Of a stretch of 64,000 bases of DNA, positions 47,529-59,226 are shown piece after piece (position 1 is the stretch's first letter; every line of letters begins with the position of its first letter). Under the pieces are notes generated by a model. The model saw nothing but the letters and a program-made list of their open reading frames with translations, ran no database searches and was not told the origin of the DNA. The DNA comes from a virus (lineage: Duplodnaviria > Caudoviricetes). The position numbers and the translations under genes were made by a program. The stretch covers positions 32,001 to 96,000 of IMG/VR virus record IMGVR_UViG_2788500220_000013. One strand, written 5' to 3'.

Positions 47529-50500
47529 TCATCTATTTCTCGGTATACCATCATCAAAATAAGGCAACGATGATGTAAAGACTGAACTAATATTTTGAGC
47601 TTGGGTTAATATAGGATCTAATAAGTCACCTGCAGGGTTAATAAATTTGCATGTAACCGGTGCAGCTGTTACTGGATTCTTTGATTTTCCTGTTGTTATA
47701 AACAATCTAGCATCTAAACGTTGCTCAATCATATCTCGATACTGGCCAAAGGTATCACTTCTAAAAACTGCATTTGAGTTTAGTGGTAATGCACTAATTA
47801 GGCCATATTTCCACCCTCTAATCTCTGGTATATATCTCCATGTAGCCGACTGTGATAATATTGGAGAGTGGACCCAACCATTTCCAGAACCAAAATAAAA
47901 CTTATAAATATTGTTGTCTAGCTCCTGAGTATCGCCGAACATTATGTTGCCATCAGTGTCAGAAATAAATCCCTGGGCGCCGTAATTCGGGCCAGAGGGG
48001 CCCCAGGGGTTCGGCATAAGCCCAGTTCGAGAGCCGGTCACAAACATTGTTGTAAACTTTAGACTTTCATCAGATGATCCGTATATACCAGTTGGGGCAT
48101 TTGATAAAGATAATTGGGGTGTTGACTTCCAGTCTGTTTCATCCTCTGAAAATACAGTTCTTAGCATACCAGAATATCTTTTTTCAAAAGGATATGCACC
48201 TAACCACCCATCATCAACTACATCTTTCATTGATGTATGATATGAACTAATCCCCTGCACAAGCGTCTCAGCTTTCCAAGGTGTGCTTGTATTGTTAACA
48301 ACCTGGCCTCCGTCTGTTTGAGGGCCTGTACCATCTTCAGAAGCGCCGGCACCACCAGGCGCTCCATATTGGATAAATTGTGGGCTGAATTCGATATATG
48401 GACCAGGACTATAACCAGGCGGGAGTGCTGCATCAGGCAAGCTTAAATGGCCCTCGACGCCTGGGAATGTTACGTCAGTAGCTGCACCGGTTGAGGTATT
48501 TCTAATTAAAAATGAATCAGAACCTTCTAGGCCAGGCTCATACTCAACTATAAACTCATCTAATGCGTTGATTGCAGCTGCGGTCTTTTCAGCAACTTCA
48601 TATTTGTTTGCACCCTGGGTTATATCTTCAATTTTTACCAGGGTTCCATCTGGTTGTGATGGGGCTGGTGGAGGTATCCCAATGGATCCGCGGCCTTCAA
48701 TATCATACCATATGTTATATGCTCGATTATCACCATCATAAATCGTGAACCAGCAACCCTCGAGGCTAGTCTCGTATCCATCATTTAAAGTAGAATGACC
48801 GTCCAGAATAGAGCTTTCAGGGCCGCATGTAATCCTTGTTTGTTCAGGTACCACAGGGCCATTATCTGCAGGGTTTGGTTGGCCAACAGCTAAATGTGTT
48901 CCAAAAAAATTCATAAGTTCTTTATTGTTTCGCTTATGGTAATTTGAAGGAGAAGGTGTTACTGTATCATAAAATCTGTCAGAGTCTGAAATATGCTTGA
49001 CGTTTCTAGAAAATGAACCTTGTGTACCTGGGTATGGTATATCAATATTTTCCCCAGGAAGGCCAGGCAAAAATCCTGAACCTGAGGCTCTATATCTTAC
49101 TCTACGAGTTCTATCAAAATATGTAATACCCTGCACATATTCATCTCCGGGATCTAGCTGTTTAGATGTAATCAGATCAGATAATCCATGGCCAGATAAT
49201 GTTTGAGAATCATATGCCGCAGTTATTTCAATGTCAGTACTTAGATCACCTAGCACACCTGCTTCATCAAAGATTTTTATTTGGCCGCCTGTTGACTTGA
49301 ATGATAGCCTATGCCATGCAAAAATATCCCCAAGCTGTTTCCAGCCAGTAGCTCCTGGGGTATATGGGTCGGCAGAGTTCTCAGTACGAATTCGTGTTTG
49401 GGGATTTGATAAAACAGTATATACTAATTTAGACAGCTGGTTTGCTGTAAGTGGTGTATCGTCCCACATTGTTGAGTATGTATTGACACTTTCATTATCA
49501 CTATTCCATGTATGCTTTGTTACATGGATACCGCCGTCATAGTTTGGTGCATTGGTACCCCCGGTATCAGCCATTATGATACCACTACCACCACCGCCAG
49601 TTGTTGGAGGTAATGCTGGATCTTCTATATAGGACATATAGTTATTTGTGAAATCGTTAAAGTAGATCCTGAAGGTGAAATTATTTAAAGCAGGGTCACT
49701 TAATGATGTTCCATCCCAATATTCATTCTTATTATGGTCACCGTAGTATACTGCTTCTGGATCTGGAGAGGGCCTAACAACTATGTCGACATAATCTATA
49801 CACTTGGTTGGGGCGAAGTGGTGGTCAAAATTATCAAGTACTTCTACATAATATGGGTCGCGGCCGCCAATAAATGATGTTGTAAACCCGTTATTATCTT
49901 CTGTAGATGAAAAATATGTAGCATGACCTGGCCAGTCCGAGCTGCACTTTGTATACTCATTATAGTTTATAGAACCATCATTTGCCGTCCCCCGGAAACT
50001 CCTTGACCATTGATATGATGTATTATTAAAATTTGTTGCCAAAAACAACGGATCTACATTTCCAGCATCTCCAGCAAACCAAGACTCAAATACGATTGTG
50101 TCTAGTAGCCCATCATTGGTTGAATTGATTATTTTAAAATCATATGGTATAAACCATGTACATAGATCATTTGCTGCTGCTGTGCTTGTGGCGCTGGCTA
50201 CTGCTGCGGCAACTGTTTGTTGATATGCTAATAGACTATAAAAAATCGTTTTTGTTTGCTGTTCCCTAGACCATGTAGTCACTTGCGGGCCCGAGAAGAA
50301 AGTGCTCAACGTGGCCCCAGGAGAAATAGGCGGAGAGGTTACACAGCCGGCTGCTAATGGAACCCTAATTCTGCGGGTGCCTAGATTCCAGAAGCTACCT
50401 ACAGATTCTGCATAGTACGTACTTGCAGGATCGAAAGGATTATAGAGAGTGCCAAACCCATTAAAATCCTGACCAGTGGCAGGAAATGAAGCAACTCCTG

Positions 50501-53500
50501 GATGGGTTATTAGTAGTTCCGGATTACAAATATCTCCGGAGATGATGGCTGTGGCGCCGAAGACACAACCTGTATACCCTATTTCGGCAAAAGCTTTTAA
50601 CTGGCCAGTATCAAGGTCATCCAAGACTAGCTTTGTCTTTGCATTTGCAAATTCACTCCATTGAGTAGAATCTAAGGTCGTTCCGTACGTAGGATTTAAA
50701 ACATTTGGTAAATACCTGATCCTATCCGGCATTTCGAATGAACTGTCTCCCGGGCCGGGGATCATGAATACTTCAGCAGATGCGTCACAAATCACACTGG
50801 CGCAATCAACACCGAGGTCCTCGCCGACGGTATCATTCAAGTAGCAGTGTACATAACCAGCGTTATTCAGCCATAAGCTGTCTGGATCTGCACCAGGGAC
50901 ACTGGCTGCATGCTGATCATGAGTCCACCTTATTGGGCGGTGTGATCCAGTCACTGGCCAGTTTCCTGCAGTTGCTATAGGCCCAGGCCCGATGCCTTGA
51001 TCAATGCTATTTGAATTTGCAAATGGGCCCTTGTCGATTTTAAATGCGTACACACTCCAGTCACCCATTGCAGATGTTGACCCTACATCATTCCACCCTA
51101 TTGGATTAGGTTTGAGATTTGAATTTAAAAAGCCTGTTGACCCAACTTGGTCCATAAGAAAATCATCCAGCCACTCTGCAGAAGTTACCCGTTCACGTGG
51201 GCCCTGGAGAACGCCGTCAAACCTTACATTAAAATCTCCAGTTCTATAGTTAACAGCTCCTCCAAGAACTGCATCGCTAGTTGATGTTACAAGGCCGGAG
51301 CCACCAGACAAGTCAAACGAACCATCATGAGCAACAAGATCAACACCGCCACAAATACCGCACTCTGAGGACCCTGCACCGCCTTCAGCAGATATTCTGC
51401 TTTCATCTAGATATTCTAGCGAGGCTAAGCTAGGATATAGACTTGTAATCGGCCGATATGGTAGTGTCCACTGGGCGCCGGCGGGTTTGGTGGCGAAAAG
51501 ATTTTTCCCTTGATCTGTAAATGACCCGGTAGTTCCTTCAAAAAGTAATCTTGAAGACGTACAGTCTGGATCCGACTCAGGAGCTAATACACCAACCGGA
51601 TCCCCAAGTGCATTCACCTGGGAAGGGGCTATGGTTGCAGTTTTGTTCAAGTCGGGGGCAGTTATATATACACAATTTCTTGTTACATTGGAGTCAAGGC
51701 CGGTTTGTATATTATAATCGTGGAAAAATAATTCTGTAACTGATGGATAGGGGCCTATTTCTTGCATGTCGCCGGCAACAATATCATCTAGGTAATTCTC
51801 AGCATGGTATCCTAAATTATCGACATCAAATTGATCAACTACAGGAGTAGAATATTGTAATGCCTCATGAACTGCGTCCGTAGTTAATGGCTGGTTTAGT
51901 GAGTCATGTTTCTCTCTTTTGTCACTAACCAATGAACCATACAACGTTATTTTAATCTTCGAGGGATTGTTCGGGGTGGCGCCTGGGGCCAGGATCATAT
52001 GAGGCCCGGTATTATACATATCGGCAGATCTAGCAAACATATAAGGACAAGCAGCCTGAAACCCGAATACTAGTTTGTCACCTGGTAACAAGACATATGG
52101 GCTGTGTGGACGAAGTCTTTGTGAGGTTTTTGTTTCTATAAGACCTGTTGAAGCACTGTCATTAAATGATGACATCACCGTTCCCATATCCATTGTGCTG
52201 GATATAGGAGTAGTTCCAGGAGTAGCAGCATTAAATGCTCTTGCAGTTGATAGTTCATTCTCTAAGCCAGTTCTTACTCCAGTATGACTTGTCTGGAATG
52301 CCACTATACCAGTAACTGGGTCATTAAGCACCGGTTTTGTCCCTATTGCATATGCATGGCCATCCTGGAATCGGCCCGGGCGTTGGCATATACCTTTTAT
52401 AAAATGACGGCCAGCGACCATCATCTGGTCATCCCCGGTAGTCAGTGGGTCGCCACTTATATCTGATCCTGAAACTACTAGTTCTCTCTTAAGGCCTGTT
52501 TCTAATATATCATGTATATTATTAACTGAGTCTGGAATATCTGCATATCCTGTAACTTGGCCATAGGTTACCAACTCTCGAATAGTATCAACGTATTCAG
52601 TAGTATAATCATAACATGAAAGTGTTATAAAGTCATAATCATAATATTCAAGTAATGTTGGGGGATTAAACTCTTTTGAACTAGCGGATGGATCAAACAC
52701 CATATTCATAGGAACGGTGCCTGTATTTCCAGCTGGATCTTGACAGATGGTCTCAATCCAGTCTTTAATTTCTTCTAGTGTAGGATATCCCACTAGGGCG
52801 CCATTATTATCAAGATTAGTAACCTGGATTGTAAGGGTTGTACCCCCACTAATATCTGGGGCCCAATTGCCATCAATCTGTAGTGATCCACCTACTACTG
52901 GCATTGTCGTAAAGATAATGTTCCATGGGCCTGGAAAGGAAGAAGGTGCAGTATCAGGATAATCAGCACAGTCTACATCAATGGCTTCAAATGTTATAAT
53001 GTCTGATGTTGATGTTGCTTCGTATGTTGTGTCTGGAACGCCGGACCCATCTTCAATTCCCACTCTGGCGAAATCAGGAATTTGACCAGATAGATTAATG
53101 ACATCGCCATCTTCCCATGACGGATCATTTGGATTGGCACCCCCATCGGGAATATCAAGACCATAAACCTTGGTCTTAAATGAATAATCACCAGCCCAAG
53201 GTCTTTGATTTAAAATAAAGAAGTTATTAATAACGGCCTTATTATTCTTATACGTGTCGGTCTCGTTTGATATATTACCAGCAGCGTCGACGGAATACAT
53301 CACTGCGCGAGGATCGACGTCATCGCCTTCATACCATTCACTATCAAACTCTATTGTAAATTTCTCAAGTAAGAATGGTTTATTAATGACGGACGACATC
53401 TTAAACGTCTTACCATCTTGGGCTGCAAACTTAGGATGTGCGGGAAACCCAAAGTTAGATATTGGGCGGGATGACATCAATGAACCTGACTCTAATAATT

Positions 53501-54614
53501 CAAGGCCGCGTGAGAACCCAATACAACCGTCCCTCATAAAGTCTTCGCAATATGCCTTGTCATCTGCCCAGCCTCCGGCTGGTCCGGATGCACCATCAAT
53601 ATTAATACCGGTACCTTGTTTTTCCCATTGATTGGTCTCAAAGTTATAATAGACCATATTATGGAAACGAATACCTGGATTACTTCCATCTGCTGTAGAA
53701 TCATCAAGGCCGAAAGACGTTTCATTTTGACAATCCATCTCAATAACAATTTGTGTTTTGCTTTTAAGGGGACCTGAAAATCCTTCTAGATCTTTCTTGC
53801 TTACACCTTCATCAAAAAACTCATCATCATTTGAAAGCTTTAATAGGCTATCATCGAAAGCACCAAGATTTTCGCCTGGGGTAAATGTAAGTTCAACGTC
53901 TGCAATACCTTTTGGTGTTATTGCAACTGAGGTAAGATCCGATGGTAGGCTCGGTGATGCTATTCTATGATCAGTCCAGCTGGAATCTTCATGTAGCTTA
54001 GTTGGGTATCTTACAATATGGCCTGGTGATGGACTGACGAACGAACCGGTTATAGAAAATGCATCACCGGGAAGAAAACTTTGTGAATTTGATATCTCTA
54101 AATTCGTATTAGATGTTGCCGTTATCTCAGTAGAATATTCACCCGGTATTGAGTGCCTTAGTTCAATTCTATCTTTTTTTGCATATGCATGGATCTTTAA
54201 GCTAGATGAACTTATTTCTCGAGCAAATTCAGCATGAATAGATGATAAGTCAGGACAATCTCTAATGTCGACAACTATATTTCCCAGCTCAGATATTATG
54301 CCCCGTTGTGTTTCAAACGTTTCACTGTTGCCAAGGGAGTCAGTTAGTACTATTGTTGATGCATCACTTGGACGTTTGGTAAACTTTATCCATCCCGTTG
54401 AATAAGAACTATTAAAGATTATAGCACTAGTATCATCATATGTACTCTTGTGGGTCCCTAGTCTCCCAGATGGATTAGTCCTCATTACTGTGGGATAAGA
54501 GCCTGTAGCCGAATCCCAGGCCCGGAGGATGGTACGTGGTGGGTTATTTAAAACTCCGCTCCCAGTTACATACCCCCTAGAAGGACCACTACCTGTTAGA
54601 TATATTTTAGGCAT
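47529..54614 (-). CDS. Giant acidic multidomain virion protein (2361 aa), probably baseplate/fibre-associated
   Basis: Uninterrupted 7-kb ORF, G/S/T/D/P-rich beta pattern, located in the baseplate block, TAATG-coupled. Confidence 0.75.
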   Translation of the reverse strand: MPKIYLTGSGPSRGYVTGSGVLNNPPRTILRAWDSATGSYPTVMRTNPSGRLGTHKSTYDDTSAIIFNSSYSTGWIKFTKRPSDASTIVLTDSLGNSETFETQRGIISELGNIVVDIRDCPDLSSIHAEFAREISSSSLKIHAYAKKDRIELRHSIPGEYSTEITATSNTNLEISNSQSFLPGDAFSITGSFVSPSPGHIVRYPTKLHEDSSWTDHRIASPSLPSDLTSVAITPKGIADVELTFTPGENLGAFDDSLLKLSNDDEFFDEGVSKKDLEGFSGPLKSKTQIVIEMDCQNETSFGLDDSTADGSNPGIRFHNMVYYNFETNQWEKQGTGINIDGASGPAGGWADDKAYCEDFMRDGCIGFSRGLELLESGSLMSSRPISNFGFPAHPKFAAQDGKTFKMSSVINKPFLLEKFTIEFDSEWYEGDDVDPRAVMYSVDAAGNISNETDTYKNNKAVINNFFILNQRPWAGDYSFKTKVYGLDIPDGGANPNDPSWEDGDVINLSGQIPDFARVGIEDGSGVPDTTYEATSTSDIITFEAIDVDCADYPDTAPSSFPGPWNIIFTTMPVVGGSLQIDGNWAPDISGGTTLTIQVTNLDNNGALVGYPTLEEIKDWIETICQDPAGNTGTVPMNMVFDPSASSKEFNPPTLLEYYDYDFITLSCYDYTTEYVDTIRELVTYGQVTGYADIPDSVNNIHDILETGLKRELVVSGSDISGDPLTTGDDQMMVAGRHFIKGICQRPGRFQDGHAYAIGTKPVLNDPVTGIVAFQTSHTGVRTGLENELSTARAFNAATPGTTPISSTMDMGTVMSSFNDSASTGLIETKTSQRLRPHSPYVLLPGDKLVFGFQAACPYMFARSADMYNTGPHMILAPGATPNNPSKIKITLYGSLVSDKREKHDSLNQPLTTDAVHEALQYSTPVVDQFDVDNLGYHAENYLDDIVAGDMQEIGPYPSVTELFFHDYNIQTGLDSNVTRNCVYITAPDLNKTATIAPSQVNALGDPVGVLAPESDPDCTSSRLLFEGTTGSFTDQGKNLFATKPAGAQWTLPYRPITSLYPSLASLEYLDESRISAEGGAGSSECGICGGVDLVAHDGSFDLSGGSGLVTSTSDAVLGGAVNYRTGDFNVRFDGVLQGPRERVTSAEWLDDFLMDQVGSTGFLNSNLKPNPIGWNDVGSTSAMGDWSVYAFKIDKGPFANSNSIDQGIGPGPIATAGNWPVTGSHRPIRWTHDQHAASVPGADPDSLWLNNAGYVHCYLNDTVGEDLGVDCASVICDASAEVFMIPGPGDSSFEMPDRIRYLPNVLNPTYGTTLDSTQWSEFANAKTKLVLDDLDTGQLKAFAEIGYTGCVFGATAIISGDICNPELLITHPGVASFPATGQDFNGFGTLYNPFDPASTYYAESVGSFWNLGTRRIRVPLAAGCVTSPPISPGATLSTFFSGPQVTTWSREQQTKTIFYSLLAYQQTVAAAVASATSTAAANDLCTWFIPYDFKIINSTNDGLLDTIVFESWFAGDAGNVDPLFLATNFNNTSYQWSRSFRGTANDGSINYNEYTKCSSDWPGHATYFSSTEDNNGFTTSFIGGRDPYYVEVLDNFDHHFAPTKCIDYVDIVVRPSPDPEAVYYGDHNKNEYWDGTSLSDPALNNFTFRIYFNDFTNNYMSYIEDPALPPTTGGGGSGIIMADTGGTNAPNYDGGIHVTKHTWNSDNESVNTYSTMWDDTPLTANQLSKLVYTVLSNPQTRIRTENSADPYTPGATGWKQLGDIFAWHRLSFKSTGGQIKIFDEAGVLGDLSTDIEITAAYDSQTLSGHGLSDLITSKQLDPGDEYVQGITYFDRTRRVRYRASGSGFLPGLPGENIDIPYPGTQGSFSRNVKHISDSDRFYDTVTPSPSNYHKRNNKELMNFFGTHLAVGQPNPADNGPVVPEQTRITCGPESSILDGHSTLNDGYETSLEGCWFTIYDGDNRAYNIWYDIEGRGSIGIPPPAPSQPDGTLVKIEDITQGANKYEVAEKTAAAINALDEFIVEYEPGLEGSDSFLIRNTSTGAATDVTFPGVEGHLSLPDAALPPGYSPGPYIEFSPQFIQYGAPGGAGASEDGTGPQTDGGQVVNNTSTPWKAETLVQGISSYHTSMKDVVDDGWLGAYPFEKRYSGMLRTVFSEDETDWKSTPQLSLSNAPTGIYGSSDESLKFTTMFVTGSRTGLMPNPWGPSGPNYGAQGFISDTDGNIMFGDTQELDNNIYKFYFGSGNGWVHSPILSQSATWRYIPEIRGWKYGLISALPLNSNAVFRSDTFGQYRDMIEQRLDARLFITTGKSKNPVTAAPVTCKFINPAGDLLDPILTQAQNISSVFTSSLPYFDDGIPRNR

Positions 54615-55663
54615 TACTTAAGTAACCCCCCGAATGCTAGTGAATCAGTCCCAAGTTCATTGTTATTATAAGTAAAACCAGCACCTGATGATTTGTGGTC
54701 TCTGGCCAATAGGCTGTCAACGGACGATGGATGTGTAGAAGCAGTTGCACCGGAAACACGAGTAAACTCTGATTGTGCCATGTCTAACAATGCTTGTTGC
54801 ATTCCTCCGGGGTCATGAGCAACGGAGTCTGATACCTGAATTTTTTCATGAATCTCTTCCCAATCTGTTGACTCAATAAATGGGCTTATGGATGCATCAT
54901 TTAATGTTAGGTAACCTGGATGTACTGGACCGGTTTTTTCTTCACCATTTTGATATAACAGCTTTGCACCAAAATTTTCTATGCCATCCTCATACCAGTC
55001 AAATGATGTGTCCTTCATATCAATCATCTGCACAATTCTATTTGCCCGAAGACGTGAACACTCGCCGGCATCGGAAACTAATAAACCTCTAATGTCATGA
55101 CCAAAAAAAGGATTTTCAGGATTTTGGCGAGAAGCGCGTGACCTTACTGTAAGCGGTTCAATTACACCGTCAAACTGATCTGGGTCAGTCATCGATGCAT
55201 TCCATAAAATCAGCGGATACATTAATGTGTTATTGTCATCTAAAAGAAAGTGAACAGGATGAAATTTCTTCATATCCTCATAAGGTTCATCATCCTTAAA
55301 GAATTTTGGCTGGCCAAAGTCTCGACGCTCAACCTCATGATTAGGAACCAAGACAATTTGTTGACCAGCGTCGGTGAGCGGTGATGTTGTACTACCGCTA
55401 ACCCATGTGCCGTCCACATCTACAAACCCCTTATCATTTGATAGGGGGTTAATCATTTTAAGAGTAGGAGTAACCAATGAATCATCGAAGCATACTTCTT
55501 CTACACAATGAGAACCTTTCATAACCCTTTTAAAGTTTGATCCAGCAGAAAACTTCGGCACCATACCAGTCATTAGTTTATCCATTGTATTTACACTTAT
55601 ACCCTGGATGTATGGGATCACACTTTCATTTGAGCCTGAAATGGGCGTCATTGTAGATGCCAT
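54614..55663 (-). CDS. Hypothetical baseplate-region protein (349 aa)
   Basis: ORF abutting both neighbours. Confidence 0.75.
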   Translation of the reverse strand: MASTMTPISGSNESVIPYIQGISVNTMDKLMTGMVPKFSAGSNFKRVMKGSHCVEEVCFDDSLVTPTLKMINPLSNDKGFVDVDGTWVSGSTTSPLTDAGQQIVLVPNHEVERRDFGQPKFFKDDEPYEDMKKFHPVHFLLDDNNTLMYPLILWNASMTDPDQFDGVIEPLTVRSRASRQNPENPFFGHDIRGLLVSDAGECSRLRANRIVQMIDMKDTSFDWYEDGIENFGAKLLYQNGEEKTGPVHPGYLTLNDASISPFIESTDWEEIHEKIQVSDSVAHDPGGMQQALLDMAQSEFTRVSGATASTHPSSVDSLLARDHKSSGAGFTYNNNELGTDSLAFGGLLK

Positions 55664-58600
55664 TTAGTATCTCCCCATTTTTGCAATATATTGTTGCAAT
55701 GTAATTGTCCCTTTAAGGCCATGGCGATTATTCTCACCCAAATATACATCTTCGTATGAATATTTAAACTTTGCTCTTTCTAACATGTGTGACTCAATTA
55801 TAAAGTTCATTCCTAAAAACTTGGTTTTCTTAGGTATTAAATCTTCAATTATTAGACCGATTGAATTATCAAACCACTTAAAAAACTCAAAGAATGACGT
55901 AATATTAATTTTATCAGTAAGCCTATTAAAATAAACTTCTCTAAGATTTTTAAGATCTGGATATTCTGTTGCAAATAATAGCTCAGGGGCACCAAGAATA
56001 TTATCTAAAGAATCTAGAGTTGAAAAAATCTTAATAATATCCTCATTTAATGCTTGCACTGACGACATGTCTATTGCAAATCGTGTATCATCTTGAGGGC
56101 GCTCAGATGGAAGAATCTCATAAACTGGGGCAACTTCGGCACCAAACTCAGTTACATTATCAAAATTTAGAAAACTTCGTATACGAACTTTATTTGTAAC
56201 TGAGTGTTCATCAAACTTCGGATCCAACATACCTTTATAGATCCTTTCAGGCTTAATAATTCTTGTTTCTGGCTCAAATCCAGTAGCTAATATATGAAAC
56301 CCAGATTGGCTATAATCAAATATGTCTAAGTTACCTATATTATCCGTGGTATGGTGTGCCTGGTGGGCGGAAACATCTAATCGCAGCTTTTCGAAAGATC
56401 CTGTTGGCGTTATGGTAAAATTAAAATTTGTTAAAGGGTCTTCGACACCAAGGGAAGCATAATTCCTTATATGCTCAGTGATATCAACAGTACTTAAAGC
56501 CTTAGACCAAAACCTAATTTGTGCAACTTGACCAGCAAATTGTGTAGTCCTTGATGCATCATCTGCAATTGGATTAAGTCCCCAGTACGCGGATGCTACC
56601 GTATCATCAATCTGCTGGTTGCCTATTACAATACATGACCCAGATGCATTTAGTGCAGGATCTATCACTGACCATCTATTATCACGACTGGGGTCAATAG
56701 TCTCTTTGAATAAAGATGATGTAGTCTTATGTTCAATAATATCACCATAATTTTGCCTTGCAGCAGATAGATAATACGAAGAACTTACATATGAATTGAT
56801 AGAGTCATTTCGGCTTCTACCGAAGCATATATGCCATATATTTCCATCAAATATATCAATATCTGAAATTGTTAATTGTAAATAGTCATCTGCAGGGTCT
56901 AGTCCGGGCCGGGAATAAAGATCAAGCGTCTTAGCATCAGGGTCAGCAACAAGGTTTGTAATAACTGCAGGAACTATTTCATCAGATCCTGTTGCATGCA
57001 ACCTAACTAAACTTTGAGGTTGAAGAGAAGGTGTTTTTATAGGGTCAAACTTATAGATTGCCTCATATGACCAAGAACCTGATGTAAATAGACCATCATT
57101 AGGATCTGTTGATATTCCATGCAACCCATATGGGCCACCGTCTGGGCCTGTTGATGCGTCAATAAAGGTCCCGGCCGGGGGTGGATAACCTACTTCAGTA
57201 CGTGAGCCAGATAAAAATGGAGACATAAAGAACGGCTGATTCAATGGAATACCCTGGGTATCAACTGGCATACTAGTATTGGGGGCTATAGATCCTGAAA
57301 AATCTGTCATAGCTGTAACTTCAGAAACAGCCTTCCTAATATCTGATAGGTCTTTTGTCTTAGACCCTCCATACTCTCTAAATCTAAAATATTTATCTGG
57401 GTTAACCCCCATCGAACGCATTAGCACCTTAAGGCTATGTACAGTACCTTTTGATCGAATAATCTCATTTACATTTGTCAATATTCGGCGCCACAGCTGG
57501 TTTTGTACATATTGTAAAGTATGCTCGCTTATTGACAGATCCGGACCAAGATTTAATCCCTCGAATAACTGTTCTATAGAGGCACCCTCAAATGGAGAGG
57601 GTAGCTCAATTCCATGATGTTCAGCTAACATTGGTAAGAATTGATCTGCTACAACATCTGTCCCCGTGTAATCAACATGCAAAAGATTTGAAATATGATC
57701 TAGAAACATTTTTGTTTCATCAAAAAATCTTGCCCAGGTAAAGAGAAGTGAAGCTAACAGTTGCGCTGAACCAAGTTTACCATAGCCAGGCACCGCATCA
57801 GTACCTGAATAACTGTAGTCGTCTCCTACATCTCCAAACTCAGTATCAAACCCTTCTGCCAATTGAGACTCGAGTAGATAATGCTTTGGAACTAGTTTGG
57901 TAATTAAGTTTGGATTATTCGAATCATAGTTAATTGCAGAAGCCAATAACTCCTTGTTTAATGTTATGACATCAGAATGCGAAGGAAATAAATTCGGTGA
58001 ATATACAGAAGATTCTAGTACCAAAGGTGTCTGTACTACATCACCGTTAGTATCAATAATTTTTGTTGGATCCCTATTATCAATATGATAATTTGTAATA
58101 CGAGCATGTAATGAGTTTCCAGAACTATCTAATACTACGTCATTTGAAACAAAATCGCCAGAGGGTTCATTAAATTTGAAGTACGTCTTTAAGTCGCCAC
58201 TAAAATTTGAAAATACTGTTCTATCTAGGTATTTTTTAAGTTGACCAGTACTACGAACTGAGTGCCAAGCCCTGAATTCGTCAATAGAACCTGATAGTGT
58301 TTGTAAGGGCGTAATAGTATCATGGATTGATCCAGTGCCAATAGTTAATGGTGCCGTTACAAATTCCGGAGATAATTTACCCATTTGTAAACTATTTGAT
58401 GTGCTAGCCAGTTCTGCATTTTGAAACAGTTTTAGATTATGTTCTCCAGAACTACGATCTAGCGTACCACAAATATGAACAAACTCCCCCTTAGGAATTT
58501 CCATATCTGTCTCTATAGAATTTGACCCAGATGCTGCCAACATTTTTACTTCGACTGTTGTACTTGCAGCTAGGGAAGGCATTAAGGCGATAGTCAGGCC

Positions 58601-59224
58601 ATCAGCAACAGGGATATCTGAACCATCTATTTTTTGAACTAATATCTGCGTTTCAGTATCGGTACCTTGATCTGGGACTAATAAATGCATCTCAAAAGAT
58701 ATAGACTTATTTGCCATAGGGTCTAGTACCGACTCGCCGGTATTGATCTTAGATAATGATGGGAAAAGTGCACCAGCATGATCAATGACAGATATATGTG
58801 ACCCGAGATTCTCATCATAACCGAAGGCGGGGGTTTCGTCAACAACAGTACCAGAAAAATGAAGAAATCCAACATTTTTTGGAAATCTATCATAAACATG
58901 TTTTTCAAATCCTGTTAGCTCATCAAAAAATGTTTCTAGCTCGTCCTTTGTGCCATCGAATGGATAACCATTAATGATAACATCAAATGCTGTATTCGTC
59001 TTAGCTTCTGCTGAATTAAAGAATGTATGATTCTCAAACTGTGACCAATCAACTGGCAACTGTTGTGTTGATTTGAGCCCGGACCCAGGCGGATCAAATC
59101 TAAATGAATTCTCAGCGCCGATAGTCGTGCCTGATAAATGTGACGCAGCGATGGGGCTAGTCTGTACAGATTTATGAGTAAGCTTACGAACAAATGAAGG
59201 CTTAAATAATCTATTTGATGCCAT
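55664..59224 (-). CDS. Baseplate wedge protein: P2 gpI / T4 gp7-like core flanked by two LamG-like domains (1186 aa)
   Basis: FLPMLAEHHGIEL...LWRRILTNVNEIIRSKGTVHSLKVLMRSMGV (Tail_P2_I-like); LamG-like ends GSIDEFRAWH and GQVAQIRFWSKAL. Confidence 0.72.
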   Translation of the reverse strand: MASNRLFKPSFVRKLTHKSVQTSPIAASHLSGTTIGAENSFRFDPPGSGLKSTQQLPVDWSQFENHTFFNSAEAKTNTAFDVIINGYPFDGTKDELETFFDELTGFEKHVYDRFPKNVGFLHFSGTVVDETPAFGYDENLGSHISVIDHAGALFPSLSKINTGESVLDPMANKSISFEMHLLVPDQGTDTETQILVQKIDGSDIPVADGLTIALMPSLAASTTVEVKMLAASGSNSIETDMEIPKGEFVHICGTLDRSSGEHNLKLFQNAELASTSNSLQMGKLSPEFVTAPLTIGTGSIHDTITPLQTLSGSIDEFRAWHSVRSTGQLKKYLDRTVFSNFSGDLKTYFKFNEPSGDFVSNDVVLDSSGNSLHARITNYHIDNRDPTKIIDTNGDVVQTPLVLESSVYSPNLFPSHSDVITLNKELLASAINYDSNNPNLITKLVPKHYLLESQLAEGFDTEFGDVGDDYSYSGTDAVPGYGKLGSAQLLASLLFTWARFFDETKMFLDHISNLLHVDYTGTDVVADQFLPMLAEHHGIELPSPFEGASIEQLFEGLNLGPDLSISEHTLQYVQNQLWRRILTNVNEIIRSKGTVHSLKVLMRSMGVNPDKYFRFREYGGSKTKDLSDIRKAVSEVTAMTDFSGSIAPNTSMPVDTQGIPLNQPFFMSPFLSGSRTEVGYPPPAGTFIDASTGPDGGPYGLHGISTDPNDGLFTSGSWSYEAIYKFDPIKTPSLQPQSLVRLHATGSDEIVPAVITNLVADPDAKTLDLYSRPGLDPADDYLQLTISDIDIFDGNIWHICFGRSRNDSINSYVSSSYYLSAARQNYGDIIEHKTTSSLFKETIDPSRDNRWSVIDPALNASGSCIVIGNQQIDDTVASAYWGLNPIADDASRTTQFAGQVAQIRFWSKALSTVDITEHIRNYASLGVEDPLTNFNFTITPTGSFEKLRLDVSAHQAHHTTDNIGNLDIFDYSQSGFHILATGFEPETRIIKPERIYKGMLDPKFDEHSVTNKVRIRSFLNFDNVTEFGAEVAPVYEILPSERPQDDTRFAIDMSSVQALNEDIIKIFSTLDSLDNILGAPELLFATEYPDLKNLREVYFNRLTDKINITSFFEFFKWFDNSIGLIIEDLIPKKTKFLGMNFIIESHMLERAKFKYSYEDVYLGENNRHGLKGTITLQQYIAKMGRY

Positions 59225-59226
59225 TA

